NCBI GenBank assembly: GCA_973895155.1
Contig: OZ316894.1
Span: 2,372,457 to 2,436,456 of the forward strand
Direction: 5' to 3'
From: Marsupella aquatica
Taxonomy: Eukaryota > Plantae > Marchantiophyta
Length of the DNA stretch: 64,000 nt
Positions 1 through 13,900 of the stretch are shown one piece after another. Below the pieces are notes generated by a model. That model made no database searches. It saw nothing but the letters and a program-made list of their open reading frames with translations, and had not been told where the DNA came from. Position 1 is the first letter of the stretch. Each line of letters begins with the position of its first letter. The position numbers and the translations under genes are program-made.

Positions 1-283
1 CACTAATTTTTATCGGTTTTCAAAATGAATTTTTTTCAGTTTAGTTTAAATTGCTTGTAAAAAATGGATGATCTCTAGTCCAAAGTAACACTAATTGTTG
101 TGGATTTTTTAAAATAGTTTTTTCCTTTGTGTTTTGCCACTTTTAAGACCATAGTAACACTAATTCATGTGTGCGAATATAGTGTTAGCACAAAATTAGT
201 GTGACTAACACTAATTCACGAGTAGACCCTGAAAATGGGCGCTCTCGAATCAGTGTTAGTCACACTAATTACGGTGAACAGTG
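1..283. mobile_element. Right terminus of a CACTA/CACTG (EnSpm)-type DNA transposon; the element continues left of the window
   Basis: Ends ...CGGTGAACAGTG at 283 (reverse complement CACTGTTCACCG). It is preceded by a repeated subterminal motif, ACACTAATT/AATTAGTGT, in both orientations (~1, 88, 158, 195, 208, 263). Composition changes abruptly after 283. Confidence 0.55.
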
Positions 284-1152
284 TAGCACATCTGAACGTA
301 ACCAAGTACTTGATTATGGAATGATTCATTATGGTTACATTAACTTTAGACCTTAGAGTAGATGCTTAACAAGTAGCAGGTTGTATGTGTATAATGAGGA
401 TTCCTTGAAGCAGGATACATGTGCATTTGGTTTGCCATATAAATGGGATGAGATTGAGTATTCAACATTGGTTGTTCAAATGTGAAAAGGATTATTGTGT
501 GTTAATTTTGTACATGTGTGTACACAAGTTACATATGTATTACATTCTCTTGTGTTTGTGATGTAAGATTGTGCCTATATGTGTGACAAAGGATGTATAT
601 TTGGTAATGATTTCTAAGGGCATGACAGCCTCCTCTCTCTTAGTGCACAATCTCAAGAAGAGACTGGAACCCTCAAAGAAAGAGTTTGAACTACATGTGC
701 TTGAACCTACTTGCAGTGTTTGATAAGCGCACTATTGACAGTTGTGCCCTTATTTAAATGCTACAATGACCTCATGCTTCTTCAGAGTATACCCTATTGC
801 ATAAGTGCAAAGATATACACTGACAAAAGTGCCGGCAATTATGGATAACATTTGTGTACCATTAACCATTCTTCTCGATAAATATGTATCTGCACTCTTG
901 TGTATATTTTGCACTTAAATATTTGTATGCACTAATGTTCTGTTGCAGAGCATTGTGGGATATAATGTCCCCAAGAAGGAGAGCTACTCAAGTTAATGCT
1001 CTGAAAGCGGTACCTGATAATTGATACACCTACTGTACATGCCTGAGAGATTTTCAGTAAAAGTAGAATCTTACTATGTGATCTCTCCGAATGCAGACAT
1101 TGTGGAAACTCACGAAGTGCATTACCCTGGAAGGGCACTAAGTCGTCTAAGA

Positions 1153-1260
1153 CGACCTCCAAACACTTGTAAAAGTTAAAAATCTGAAAAGGTTGCAAAG
1201 CCCATCGGACCTCCAAACACTTGTAAAAGTAAAAATTCTGAAAAGGTTGCAAAGCCCATC
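1153..1260. repeat. Tandem duplication, ~55 bp x2
   Basis: GACCTCCAAACACTTGTAAAAGT...CTGAAAAGGTTGCAAAGCCCATC occurs twice. Confidence 0.9.
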
Positions 1261-4200
1261 ACCAGATAATGCACTTATGGAGGTGCACCGAGGCAGAGCC
1301 AACTGTAGCGGGGTCCTACCATGAATGATGACGAGGGAACAAACTTTACAAACCCACCGAGGACGCAAACTATGGCTGCCGACAAAATCGGTCAGCCCCC
1401 GGTTGTCTGCCGGCAAGCCCCTTTACAAACGCGGCCCGTCTCCCGAAAGGGAAACCGAAATGATGCTCGGGCAAATGCGGGGCCGCTTGCCATCGGTCTC
1501 TATCGGCAAAAGCTATGGTCCAGGGGTGTCCTGTAGGTGGAGATGGAGCGGAAGCTACGGTTCAGTAGCTGGGTGGACAAGGAGATATGGTTTGATTACG
1601 ATAGCCCAGCGAAGGAGCCGACGAGATGGCGTTGGCGCAGATGCTTAATTGATGACAATGCTGGGTGCGTCCATCACAATTACACTGGGAGCAAACCCTT
1701 TCTTTCCCATTCAGCAGGTACACTCCGATCTCGAAAGCGAGCTGGAGAGATTGAAGAGGCTCCATCATTAAAATTATTCCAGAGCTGCTGGGAAAGGCTA
1801 TCTGAAACTGACTAGTACAAGAAATGGCTACCCTTCCGGGTTCACAATCGGAGCTACTTGTTCGTCCATTTCGAGGACCTCAAACCCTGAGGTGAAGAAT
1901 ACCTTGCAAGTAGGACCCTGAGGTGAAGAACACCTTGCACGTTCTATCAACACTACTGCTGTAGATAGTGCGTCGTTGTCACGAGCTGGTTGTCCTGACG
2001 ACGTTAATAAGATGATGCATTCAACATGACTGTGCTGCAGATTTCATAACTCGAAGCAAGTAAATTGTCAGAGCACCGATTTAAAAGATAAAGAGGGATC
2101 CATTTTGACATCCTGCATCTGTAATCGATCGACTTCCTGGCACCTTCGTTCTGTAACGCTGAACATCTCCTCACTCCGATGTCCATCATTTCTGCACGGA
2201 TACGAGGAGAATGAGGCCCGATTGGCACACACGCAGAAGACTTTGTAAGGTATCGACGGATGTTAAAATACGAAAGGATTGAATACGAGCTTGAGGTTCT
2301 ACGAGAGATTTGACCACCAATAGTGAACGAAATTCATTTGAAATGACGTTTATCGTTTGCTGATTTGGATTGAGGTCACGTGGGCGCCAGTCTTGAATTG
2401 TTGAGATAAATTAATCTTCCGACTTTGATTGAAGCAACCCTTACGGTACATTCACGCCCAGCTGACTGGAACTCGTTGGCAGCAATCCTAGCTAGTCAAT
2501 TCAACTAACAGCATGCAACAGCATAAACTATGGTCGAAATGATCGAGGATTCGTAGTTCATTTCATCCAATGGGCTCAAGGACGCTGCCCTTGCAATGAT
2601 TCGAGCAAACTGACACAGCCCGGAGTACAAGAACGCCTGGACGCAATCTGATGTCCTGCCTGAGCGACAATTAGTGCTTTTAGCATATCAGTTCATGTAT
2701 TTATGGAAACCTCCACAATCATAACAACTCAATGCTGGCAGGGAACATCAAAACCTTGACACAGAATTGGACGGCAATTGACTGACAAGCAGTCGAGCGA
2801 TCAGCAGTTGAAAGAAGTAATTTCAGATTTTGAGAGCCCAAATCCACGTCCTGCAGACTCCTTTGTACGTCAAGGAGAAGAAGTACTGGACAGTACAGCG
2901 CTGCCATTGAGACATGACCACTGAGAAGTTGGCATGATTATTATTGAATCGAGAGGAAGAAGTTCCACCAGAGAGGGAGAATGCTGGGTCCGAGAGAAAA
3001 CAGACAGCTACGGTAGATAGTAGCAATGAAGCCTATGAAATATAGAGTCAGAGCGTACTACGGAACAACTTACCGCTGTTCACTATCCAATTACTATACG
3101 TTTCTGCGTAACGAGAGAGTGGGCCGACATCGCTCGGAAATGGATAGACGTACTCCAGTAGTCCAGTGAGCTTGCGTTGTACCATTGCCCTGTTGTTTCG
3201 CCTTTCTTCCATGATTGGTTAATTGGTTTGTTTTGGCTTCGTCAATCCCAAAATATACCTTCATTCATAACTCGCTTTGTCATCCTTGACTTGTTCATCC
3301 TTTCCGTGGAGAACTAATAACCAGCCTGCAAACAATCAAATTCACCCCTAATATTGACTATATCGATGCAAATTAATGTTCACTCACAAAACTACAGGGA
3401 AAAGGTAGCTTTGCTGCCCTGCAAAGTATGAAGTGTACAAGGCTGGTTGTGCCTGGTTGTGTCTCTGCGTTGTTGTTACCCCCCTGAAGCTTATAGAGGG
3501 CATAGACTTTGTTTCATTAGGAAATTTGAGGTTGGGACCTTAAGCCCCTCAAGGGCAGAAACCTTCCCTCTCGTGCCATGCCCTTGTATCTCCAAAAACA
3601 TTGCCTTCAGGCCTGGCCGGCATAGGAGGGGGTTCAGGCATGTAAATCTCGCTCACTTATATGCTGGCATGAGTCAGGTTCAGGGCCGCATTTGTTAGGG
3701 CTGCTACATGCAAAATAGCTCTAAGCCCTATCCATGCAAGGCCTCACCCTTTCTCCCTAAGGTCAGCCCTCCATTGTCCCTCAGCCCTGGCCTCCAACCC
3801 ATTCCCTGCCAGCAGTCATGGCTCATGGGCTACCGCGTCCAACAGTCTCTGCCTCATGGCCTCATATTTGTATGCAGAATCAGTCAACTTTAAAGAACCT
3901 TCTTTGGCTACTAGTCATGACATTTGCCTGACAATGCTAAACACCTTCCCACAATGACTTGATTGCTGATGACCTATTGCAATTTCAGTGCATATATACT
4001 CTGGCATTTGTTACTTTGGCACCAGCCTCTCCTAAGCAAGGTGTACTTGTGCCATAAAATTGTGACACAGGTTGCAATGACAACCATTGGACTCCCTCTA
4101 GAAGGGACTAGACAGGACGAACAACATTCTTCCTGCCTGCCTGATGCACCCATCTTTGGCTACTTATCAGGAATCAAATCTTGAGAGAGATTCTTGTAAA

Positions 4201-4387
4201 CAATTCCCTCCAGAGCGATCTGGCATGCCTGCCTGCCTCTTTAAGTAAGCTGACTGTAGATTGTTGCTTTCATGCGTCAAATCGACTCCTCGATGCCCTA
4301 CTTGCTCATTGACATGCTTTGAACCTACCTGCCTCTTTAAGTAAGGTGTAGAGTTGTGGACTAGTGCTTTCATATGTCCGATTGATT

Positions 4388-4661
4388 CTTGGAGGATTAA
4401 CTTATTGTATATTTTTGGGGTACTACATGCTATCATAGCCTAATATAAATATACATATTTTACAAAGAAAAATTTTTTTATTTATACTTTGAATGACCTA
4501 TTTTATTTTATAAAAAATATATATTAGAGAATATTTTATAAATATGAGTTTATAATACCTTTTTTTGTCTCCTACACTTTTTAAACATTTAGCCAATTTC
4601 TATCAAAAATACATATTTTGGATTACATGTGGTTTTTTAGAAACTTTTAGAATCCTCCAAG
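4388..4661 (+). mobile_element. MITE copy 1 (hAT-like, ~275 bp, AT-rich)
   Basis: TIR CTTGGAGGATT...AATCCTCCAAG. Flanked by an 8-bp near-TSD, GATTGATT/GATTGACT. Internal sequence is shared with three neighbouring copies. Confidence 0.7.
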
Positions 4662-5065
4662 GATTGACTCATGTTGTTGCCTACATCCTACTTTCGTGTT
4701 GACATGCTTTGAAGCTTGTATGATCTTGACCGGTCCTTGTAAGCATTATGGCATCTCAAGCCGTGTGTGTCTGATGTGTGGACTCAGACATATCATTGTA
4801 GACTGAGGGATAAATTGTAAGAAGTGGTGGTGATAGACTGAGGCAAATTATGTATTGCAAGGAAAGAATTATTGGAAGAAGTTGCGATAGGAGTTGTTTC
4901 AATAAGAAGTGAGGCTTGGCCGCCTCTCTTGGGCTGACTAATTTGGAAAATTCAGATAGGACCCTTCTACTTGGCCAATTTGTTCAGTCAGATGCTAGTC
5001 GCGTGCTTACTCCTCCTTATTGCCTTCTACAGTTTTGGTGGGTGGGCATCAAACTTGAACTTGAG

Positions 5066-5340
5066 CTCGGGGGGTCGACTATAAAAAATTATAGAAATCA
5101 TGTGTGATCCAAAATATATCTTTTTGATACAAATCAGCAAACAAATTAAAATGTCTGAAGCAAAATAAGCTATTATAAACTCACAATTATAGAATATTTT
5201 CTAATATATTATATAGTAAAATAGGTGGCTAATATTCCAAATAAGAAATGTTCTTGAAATATGTTTTTAATAAAACATTTGTATTGATATTGGACTAGCT
5301 AGGATAGCACGTGCTACTTTAAAATATACACTAAGCTAAT
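5066..5340 (-). mobile_element. MITE copy 2 (inverted)
   Basis: Starts CTCGGGGGGTCGACTA. Internal blocks (TATAAACTCAC, AATATTTTCTAATATA, GATAGCACGTG) are reverse complements of blocks in copies 1, 3 and 4. Confidence 0.65.
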
Positions 5341-6111
5341 GCAATTATGGTCATACTACTCCATTTACGTGATGAACTTTTTTGTGGAATAATTTACCCG
5401 CATGGGCTGGAGTCTTGCTATTTAGCGGCAAGAAATTTAATACAAGAATAAGCGATAAATCATTACTAATCAATTGTTTACATGCGTCGTTGGATTGTTT
5501 TTGCAGTGGCAATGGATTTTTCCAAATTTTCTTGCAGAGTCAAGTTGTTAATGAAACAGGTTGCAAAATTGAAGGAAGCGTGTGAGAAAAAAGTCAAAGT
5601 AGCCAAAGAGTAAGATAGAAAGAAGCGCAAGTTTGTGCATTAATGTCATTCATACCGATTACCGCGGATGAATTTGTCCTCTTTCTCATGAAGTTGCAGC
5701 CTCAGCAAGCACACCCTTTTTTGTGAATGGCAGAAATAGATACGCACCTATGAGAATTTTCTAGCACCTTGAGTTACTTGATAGCTATATTCTGTTTGTG
5801 TTTTGAAACCTCATCATTTAGAGGAATGGTAAAGTACATTGTAGGAATTGGGTTACAATGAATAAAGAAACTCAAACGAGGTGATTATCTTTTTGAAAAG
5901 TACCCATGTCTACAACACAAATGCAAGAAACAGTATTTATTTGTTACAAATGCGATGTTATTAAGATATGAATTCTAGAATATGGTGGGCAATATCACAA
6001 GTTTTTAGACACATGGTATTTGTAAATGCAGAAAATTTGGTAAAAGTTTGGGATCTGTTTGAATCTATGGATACATTTCACTCCAGTTTCGCACACACAC
6101 GTAGAAAGTCC

Positions 6112-6163
6112 TCCTTGTAGGATGGAATTCTCCTTGTAGGATGGAATTCTCCTTGTACGATGG
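6112..6163. repeat. 19-bp tandem repeat, ~2.7 copies
   Basis: Unit TCCTTGTAGGATGGAATTC. Confidence 0.85.
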
Positions 6164-6607
6164 GATGGCTGCTATCATTTGCTTACTTTCCAATTGTATA
6201 GGGTACATACAATCTAGGGACAATCATCCTTCTAGGCAAATGAGCCCTTGTCATATACAGTTGATTTGAAGTTGATGTTAGATGAAGCTTGATTATGATA
6301 CAGAATATGAGTGATATTCTTGTTTGATATACAACTTCTAGTTTTAGTTACATCAATGCCTACATTGGCTATTCTAAATCAATTTGCATTGGCGCTCATA
6401 CTAGAAATCAAAGTAAAGCTTGAGTGTTTGGAGTTGGTTCTCTACTTGAGATGAAATTTTTTTCAGTTTTGTCTCAAAGTGGCTTACATGTTACTTAGTG
6501 AAATGTTTTTATGGTAAGCGAGAGTTGCTGAATTGTTTAGACCATCCATCAATAGTTAAATGTCCTCCTGACCATTGAGCTTGCGCCCATAGTCTTCATC
6601 ATTAATA

Positions 6608-6898
6608 CCTGGGGGTTAACTAAGTGTATATTTTGGAGTATCATGTGTGTTCTTAGCCTAATTTAATAGACTTATTTTATTAGAAAAATATTTCAAAAAT
6701 ATTCTTTACTCTCACTATTAATAACTGATTTTACTTATAAAAAGTATATATTAGAAAATATTCTATAAACCCCGCTATAAACATGAGTTTATAGTACAAT
6801 CTTTTGCCTCATATGCTTTAAAAAAATTATTAAAAATACCTATTTTAGGGTTTCACATGATTCATAAGATTTTTTATAGTCAACCCCCCCCCCCCCTT
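6608..6898 (+). mobile_element. MITE copy 3
   Basis: TIR GGGGGTTAACTA...TAGTCAACCCCC. Same internal blocks as the other copies (TAGCCTAAT, TATATTAGAAAATATT, TGAGTTTATA). Confidence 0.7.
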
Positions 6899-7451
6899 GG
6901 AGATCTAACACCAAGACCTCAATATATATCAATTGTACTAATGAAAGAGATCAAAACATCCCATGGTGATAGCGAAAGTTTAGTTTCCGATGATCAAAGA
7001 AATATTTTTGGTAACATGGACAAAAGACATCACAACAAAAATATTGTTGCACCACTGACGGCAATTGAATAGACCTGATCACTATTACCAAAGAGTGATT
7101 CTCAGTACCTACATTAGTAATGGTCCATTAATTTTGATGAGATTAAGAAATAAATCAACCAAAGAATACAACTCGAAGGCAAGCCAATAGACAAGAGTCA
7201 CACCTATCTTGTTGTATATTATTGTCCCATATTGCACAAGTTTGGACAGGTTCACAAAAATTAAGTTTAAGCAGATGATGCCCATGTAAAACATTAGATG
7301 AGTGTCGGGTTCACGCTTATGCAAGTTCAGAAAAAAAATGTTTAGTTTCAACAAAATAAAAGTGAGCAAAGCCTATTCAACAAAGTAAGGCATTTCTTTC
7401 AAATAATTATGTGTAAGAGTCTAAGCCATCTCTCCATTGTTAGAATGAGCC

Positions 7452-7739
7452 TCAGATTCAACTTAGTATATATTATGAGGTACCACGTGCAATATTAGCC
7501 TAATATTGATACTCCTATTTTATATATAAAATATTCCAAAAATATTTTGTATAGCCAATATTAATGGCCTATTATTCTTTATAAAAGGTATATATTAGAG
7601 AATGTTTTATAAATGTAAGTTTATAATGTCTTCTTTTGCCTCCTTCGCTTTTTAAAAATTTGGGTAATAAATTCTATATCTCAAATATCTATTTTAATTG
7701 CACGTGGTTCCTACTATTTTTAATAGTCTACCCCTCAAG
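7452..7739 (+). mobile_element. MITE copy 4 (left TIR decayed)
   Basis: Same internal blocks. Ends TAGTCTACCCCTCAAG. Confidence 0.65.
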
Positions 7740-8109
7740 AAATAAGACTATCCTTTTGTTGGCAAGTAAACATCCTACCAATAGTCTAATGATCTCTCAA
7801 GTAATACTGAAATTGACACTCATGAGGGATCACTTACAACAATCAGAATTCAAATTTGGGCAGACTGAGGGAAACAAAGTGATATATCAAGCTGAAGTCA
7901 AATTCCAATGATGAACAACCAAGATTGAGCCTCATTGTCAACATACACAATATGTGTCTCGGTTACTTCCTTTTGTATGGGCTAGCTAATTGCCTTCAGC
8001 TAAATGTTGAGCTCTTCAAGAATAAATATATATATTAATAAAAATCCTTCATAAATGCACGTGTCTACATTGTCATTGATATGAGATTTCTATAGTACTT
8101 AGAGTGACA

Positions 8110-8800
8110 CTGTGTCCTGGACATTGCATTTGCTTAAATCAAATCAAATTATATCATAAAAGAATTAGAATTATTGCCACTAAGATGTTGCAATAGATGT
8201 TAACCCCGTAGGATCCCCGTAGGATCCAGCTATTGCTAGGCAAATAGTACCTTGTTTATCAACCCTGACAAAATAGTTGTTGGGAAAAAGATCAATGCCT
8301 GCTTGCTCAAAGTGGAAGGTCATAGTGGGGACCTTCATATAAGAAGAAGTTGCGGACACAAAAAGCACAAATCATTTCCAACAGGTGACGTGCTGACTTG
8401 AGGGTACTGCATTTTAGACTGGAAAGTCTAAACAACCACCTTGTACGCAGAACTCACCAGTTGGGTAATAATTGTACCCAAATCTAGAATGGTGCCTCCA
8501 CCGCATGACAAATCAATGGCAACAACACTCTCCAAAAGGAATGTCTGCATTTCTAACAGTAGTGGACTGGTCTAGGACTGGAATAGATCAAGCTAAGTAT
8601 GTAATAAGAGGACTTTACATTAAAGTAGGAGTTGAGCTGGGAAGTGAATGATATATATATAGGTCCTTGGCTAAGACTCACCAGCCCATTGACATCAGAG
8701 AAAGACCCTCCAATCTGTCGCACCTGCTAGAGGTAGTTGCCACGGTGACAGTACCTTGCAAAAAGATGCCAATGGTTGGGGCCTGATCCCCCTACTCGGA
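8110..8800 (-). pseudogene. Decayed nepenthesin-like (A1B) aspartic protease
   Basis: Minus-strand fragments occur in the correct family order: *GDQAPTIGIFLQGTVTV, FSDVNGLVSLSQGP, SSYYILSL, GGGTILDLGTIITQLVSSAY (second catalytic DSG changed to DLG), DLCF, VPTMTFHFEQAGIDLFPNNYFVRVDKQGTICLAI, then NI..FLILYD-like. Stops and frameshifts throughout. Confidence 0.85.
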
Positions 8801-10912
8801 AGCTTCTTGCTCTAAAAACACATCCAGCCAAGGTCTCTTCAAGCAAATCCACTCAGTCCTTTCCGCTTCACTACACACTTCATACATACATCAATTTGCC
8901 ACATAACAAGTAGAACAACAGGGTGACATAAACTCCATTGATGTCCAATTCACCTCTCAGTTTCTCTCTTGCTGAGTCACTAAGCCGTACCACCCCTTCA
9001 CAATATGTTGTGTCAATGACAGGATTCCATTCTATACAGGTCACCAAGCTAATGTAAGTAACTCTTGGTATGCTCTGCTTCATCATTAACCAACATCCCA
9101 AGGAATATGCCACAATTCAATCTACTAAATTTTACATAAATCTTCTGCCAAACATATGGCTTATCCCTGACTGTTCTCAATAGAATGAACACAAAGGGAT
9201 TAGAAAGCAGGGAGGGAGGTTGTTGCTTCTTGGCTGAAGTAGCTCTACTTTATCAATGATTTGTGTGCCTTCCAAACTAAAGTGCTCATGGCGCCCTCAC
9301 TGGGAAAGGAGTCTATATTCTAGTTTTAACCAATACCAATGAGCAAATTCTTGCCAAACTTATATTGTTCCCAATTATGGATTGGACTAACAACAATTCC
9401 TATAAATTGGGTTGTGAAAGATTAATCCAAGTTAAGGCGCAACACACTTTGCAACACCAGTGGTTTGTTAGTTAATATGGGCAACTGGTTCTGTGGCTTT
9501 TGCACTGTCTATGTTTTGTCTAGTTGTCCAGTAAGGCGAAAATGCTCTCAAAACATTGGACAGCGTGCATGTACCATTTGATGTCTCCTACGGCTAATGT
9601 TCACTCTTGCACACTGGGAGGTGTAGATCAGTAGGTAGAATCATTTTTGTAGATTGTTTTGCAATATTGACACAAAGTTAGAATTTTAGGCTCAAATTCC
9701 TCATTGAACTTGACTAGAAGCAAGGAAAGAGCTAGTGATGGGGAATGTCGTGACTGCTGTTTCGTGGTTGTTTTCTTTCCCTATGTATTGAGCTGGCAAT
9801 CACTGCTTCTGCAAAATCAAGCAACATTGGGGAGCACATCAAAATTGCCAAATTGGGGATCTTGTAACTAGAGAAGATTGTTTGTGAAGGCGATGCTCTG
9901 TTTGGTTTTGTGTATGTGAGGCCACATCTTGAAATTCTTGTATGCAAAGAAGTTTACAGATCAGATTGGTTCAACGGCAGATTGAAGGAAATGTTTCTGG
10001 TCATATATGTGTTAAATTGCAAAATCACTTTTGGGCTTTAATTAGATATTTCTAAAATCTGAAGTAGCAATAATCTCGTTTTTGCATGTGAGTGCGAATG
10101 TGCAGTGGACTTGAAGGGTGCCTCATTTGCCAGTTGCAAACAGTGAACTAGGTCAACAAGGTAGCAGGCAACCAAACAAGTTTTGGAAGATTATTTACCT
10201 TCATGGACTGGCAAAAGTGCTTTTGACTTGATCGATCATCTTGATCAATTGAGTGCCAAGGTACCCCCTTTGAACAAATAATTTCACGGAGCCACGAGAA
10301 GTGTGGACGAAGTGCCAAGCTGACCTTCCCCTAATTGCCATTTAATATCATGCAGCAGGTTTCTTTCCAAAAGTACAATTTCTTATTTTGATTTACTGCA
10401 TGTCGCCATGAACACTATTTGACTTTGCAGATTTGACTATCACTAAGTGTTTTGCAGGTTATTCTTCTGTTAAGTAAATTCTCAATGCTCATCATCATTA
10501 GCCATTTTGCACAAGGGTTAGAACATGTTTGGATCCAGCTGATGGTGTGTGATGCCTTGCCAGGGATCATATACTATTAGTAAAGCCTAAAATAGTCGGC
10601 AAATAGTATTATGTATATATTATATGGTAAGTAAGGTAGCAATAACAACTCCGAAGCCGATTACAACAGACTAGGGGAGTTGAAGGTGGTCATATAAAAA
10701 TCAACGGACAACAGCAAATAGGATTAGGGTTCTGACCTAATCCAGGCCAGATTACGCAAGCCACTAACTGGCGGCTTTGCAAGGGAGGGAACTGATACTC
10801 TGTCATATCGCAAATTTTTGTGTAAGCTGGCTTGACCTTGTGAGGGGGAGCAACTGTCAATCGATTGAAGGTGGTGGGTAGGAAGATTGCGTAGCTCATT
10901 TCAATCAGTGGA

Positions 10913-13900
10913 ATGACCACGGTGAATCATGCAGGAAAGTTTTGGGGCTGTTTGCTTGAAGAAGTACGGCAGCTCATACCCACTTATGAAGACGAAGAGC
11001 CGGAACGCGCAGCTAGGGAACTAGCGGAGCGCAATTGTGGGGAATTCATAAGAATGCATTCGTAGGCACTGAGGAGGTTTTGGAAAAGTTTTTGTGGATT
11101 CCCACCAGTGCCGAGCTTGACAAATTGTTGATTAGGGAGAATTGCGTTGTTGGCATTTGGGAGGCAATCAAGAACGCAGGACAACCAGTGTGCGAATTAA
11201 AGGGTCACACTGCGGCGTGGACTAAGAAAGCTATCCTTGGAGAGTATTCGGGATCAAAAGATATGAAGCGGAATGGGAGTTTGGCATCCGCCACACCAGC
11301 AAAGCGAACCAGGTCTGAAAGACAAGCCAAGATCGAAGCCGCGCCAGTCCGGGATAGGGCAGTCAAGGATAAGTTCATGGCAGGTTGGGCAAACAGGGTA
11401 CTTGCCGATTTGCAACTGCAATTTGCACGGGAAGAGGATGATGTCTTCAGTGTTGTCCAGGATAACAAGTATTCTGGATATATGAATGACACTAGTTTGG
11501 AGGGATTCATCCGGTTGCCGTGGAGGTTAGTTGATATACAAGACAAAGATCTCTTAGACTTCGTAGGGTGCTGGGAGGCTTCTTCCAACACGATGCTGAT
11601 GTATGGGAGGGTTGTAGAATTAACACCAGCGCTAATCAAAGCCGTTTTTGCTTTACCACAAGGAAACAAGACCAAGGTGGAGTAGAGGAAGATGTTACCG
11701 GATAATCAGTGTTGATCATTTCCAGGGCCCTCCACTAAGAATGGGTTCTTTAGAAAACAATGTACTAATCCACATATGGGGCAGTTGATTGATTTTTTGA
11801 GAGTGACACTACATTGCACATTGCCGAGAGCAGAAATCGGCAAGGCCCAGGTATTTTTAGTCGAGAATGTAGACTCAAGCAATGATTACAATGGCTATCT
11901 GTTAATGCAATTGAAGAAGGCATTAAATAAGGAGAAGCAGAGCATTGGGGAGGGAGCGGTATCCAGACTAGGGTACCATTTGCAATTACTTTGTTGTTAT
12001 GCCAAGAGCCAGTCTTTTGCACCAGTTTTGCCTCTACAAGAGTGACTGCCAATTTTAGCACCAATAATTGAGGAAGAGGACAAAGAACCCATGCACAGAC
12101 AGAGGCGAGAGAAGAAGCCGGCAACACTGGGAAGGGAGAATTTCCCTATCACGGAGCCAGATCAGGTGGTAATACTGAATGTGGTGAGGAATCCGTTGCG
12201 ACGGCCTACTTGGAATAACCCATACGTAGGCATTTACCTGGTTGAGAAGAAGATGATTGCCGAAGAAAGAAAGAAGCGTGATGAGCAGATGGATTCAAAG
12301 TCAGAAGATGGAAGCCGAGGCAGAAGTCAGGAGAGGCCGGTACTTAGAGCTTTCTGGTTGGGTTCAAGTAGAAGAACCTGTGGAGGACAGTCAGCCATCG
12401 GTAGCCAGGCAATACTCGGAGGAGGAGATTGGGGGCTTTGTAGAGGCAATAGACATACACAGTAGTCAGGTTAATGTGGAGGACTACGATGAAGAATATG
12501 TCGATCATGGGGAGAGGCTAGTATCAGGTGTTAGGAGGTTGGGAAGATTTTGTAAAAGACTTCCATCGGTCTTTTATGGCAGGCCAGAAGACCAGAAAAC
12601 CCCAGAGTCTCCTCCACCGGATGTGACGCCAAGGGAGTTTGACAGAATGAAGGAAGCCGAGGCAGGACTTCAGGAGAAACTCAAGGAGTGGGAGGCCAGG
12701 AATGAAATGCAAGAACGACAACTACTAGGAGGAGATTGGCCGGAGGAAATAAAATGGCTTAGTGAGAAGAAGGCCGAGCCTCTCACTGACTTTGATCAGC
12801 TACGGGTGGAGGCTTGGGAGAGACAACCTTGATGGCAGATGCCAATATCACCTGGGAGGTCAAATTACGCGAGAGATTGGGCTAAGGAATATGGAGACAT
12901 GTGTGGACTCTTAGCCTTGGAAATTATTGACAATGAGTTAGAATCCGGGCCATTTCTTAGAAAGGAAATGGCTGATCAAACAAGGTTGGAGGAGGCAATG
13001 ACATTGGAGCGACTGAAGAAAGAGGAAGTAATCGATCGGCTTTGTAGGATGGAAGCCAAAGCTGCTAAAACGAGGGTTGATTAGCAGGTTCAGCAAGATC
13101 TGTTGGCTAAACAACAAGAGTTGGAGGTTGCAACAACCAATTGGAAAGTTATCAATTGGACAACCAGTGGATCAAGGAAAAATTGACCAAGGTACAGGTG
13201 GAGTTAGCCAATACAAAGGAAGAAGTACAGGGCCTTAATCGGCAAGTCGAGAGACTCAGATCAAAGGCTAAGGAGCAACTCACTCAGAGTGATAAAGCCT
13301 TGGCAGAGTCCTAGCAGAAGTAGGACAAGCTACTCGACCGACTGGAGGCCATGCGTGAAAAGCATGAGGAGGCAACTTGTACAGCTACCAATGACCACCT
13401 CAACCAAGTACAGCAAATACGGAAGGAGCTTCAGGAGGAGTTAGCTAAGACGAAGGAGGCATGGACAGCTGAGGTCACAAAGTTGGAGGCCATCAACGAC
13501 CCGCAGAAAGCAGCTTTAGATAAGAAGGAGTTTGAGATCGTGCAGATCTTAAATGAGGAGTTGAAGACCGCCAAGGAAGAGGTACTGCAGCTTAACAATG
13601 AAGTAGAACACTTATCTCAGGAGTTGGAGGAGGCCAAGGATAAGATGATCGGGTTGCAGAGGCGTGTTGACAATCAAACTGAGAAGCTAACGAAGTATGT
13701 TGAAGCAAGACAAGGTTCACCAACTGGAAGGCTTCCCGTCAGTAGCATGGTAGTCGGAAATACTGCGATGCCAAAGCCGAGCTCGATGTTGTCAAAAGTG
13801 ACTGGGGGGAAAGCAATGCAGTTGGTGGCGGATCTGACAAAAACATTTATGGGGCCAGCAGGGAATAATGAAATGCCCCTTAAAGCCACACCAGAAGAGG

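Noticed and set aside
5538-5610. Isolated exon-like segment (ttgcag|..VKLLMKQVAKLKEACEKK..|gtaag)
   Set aside because: No partner exons or family could be identified.
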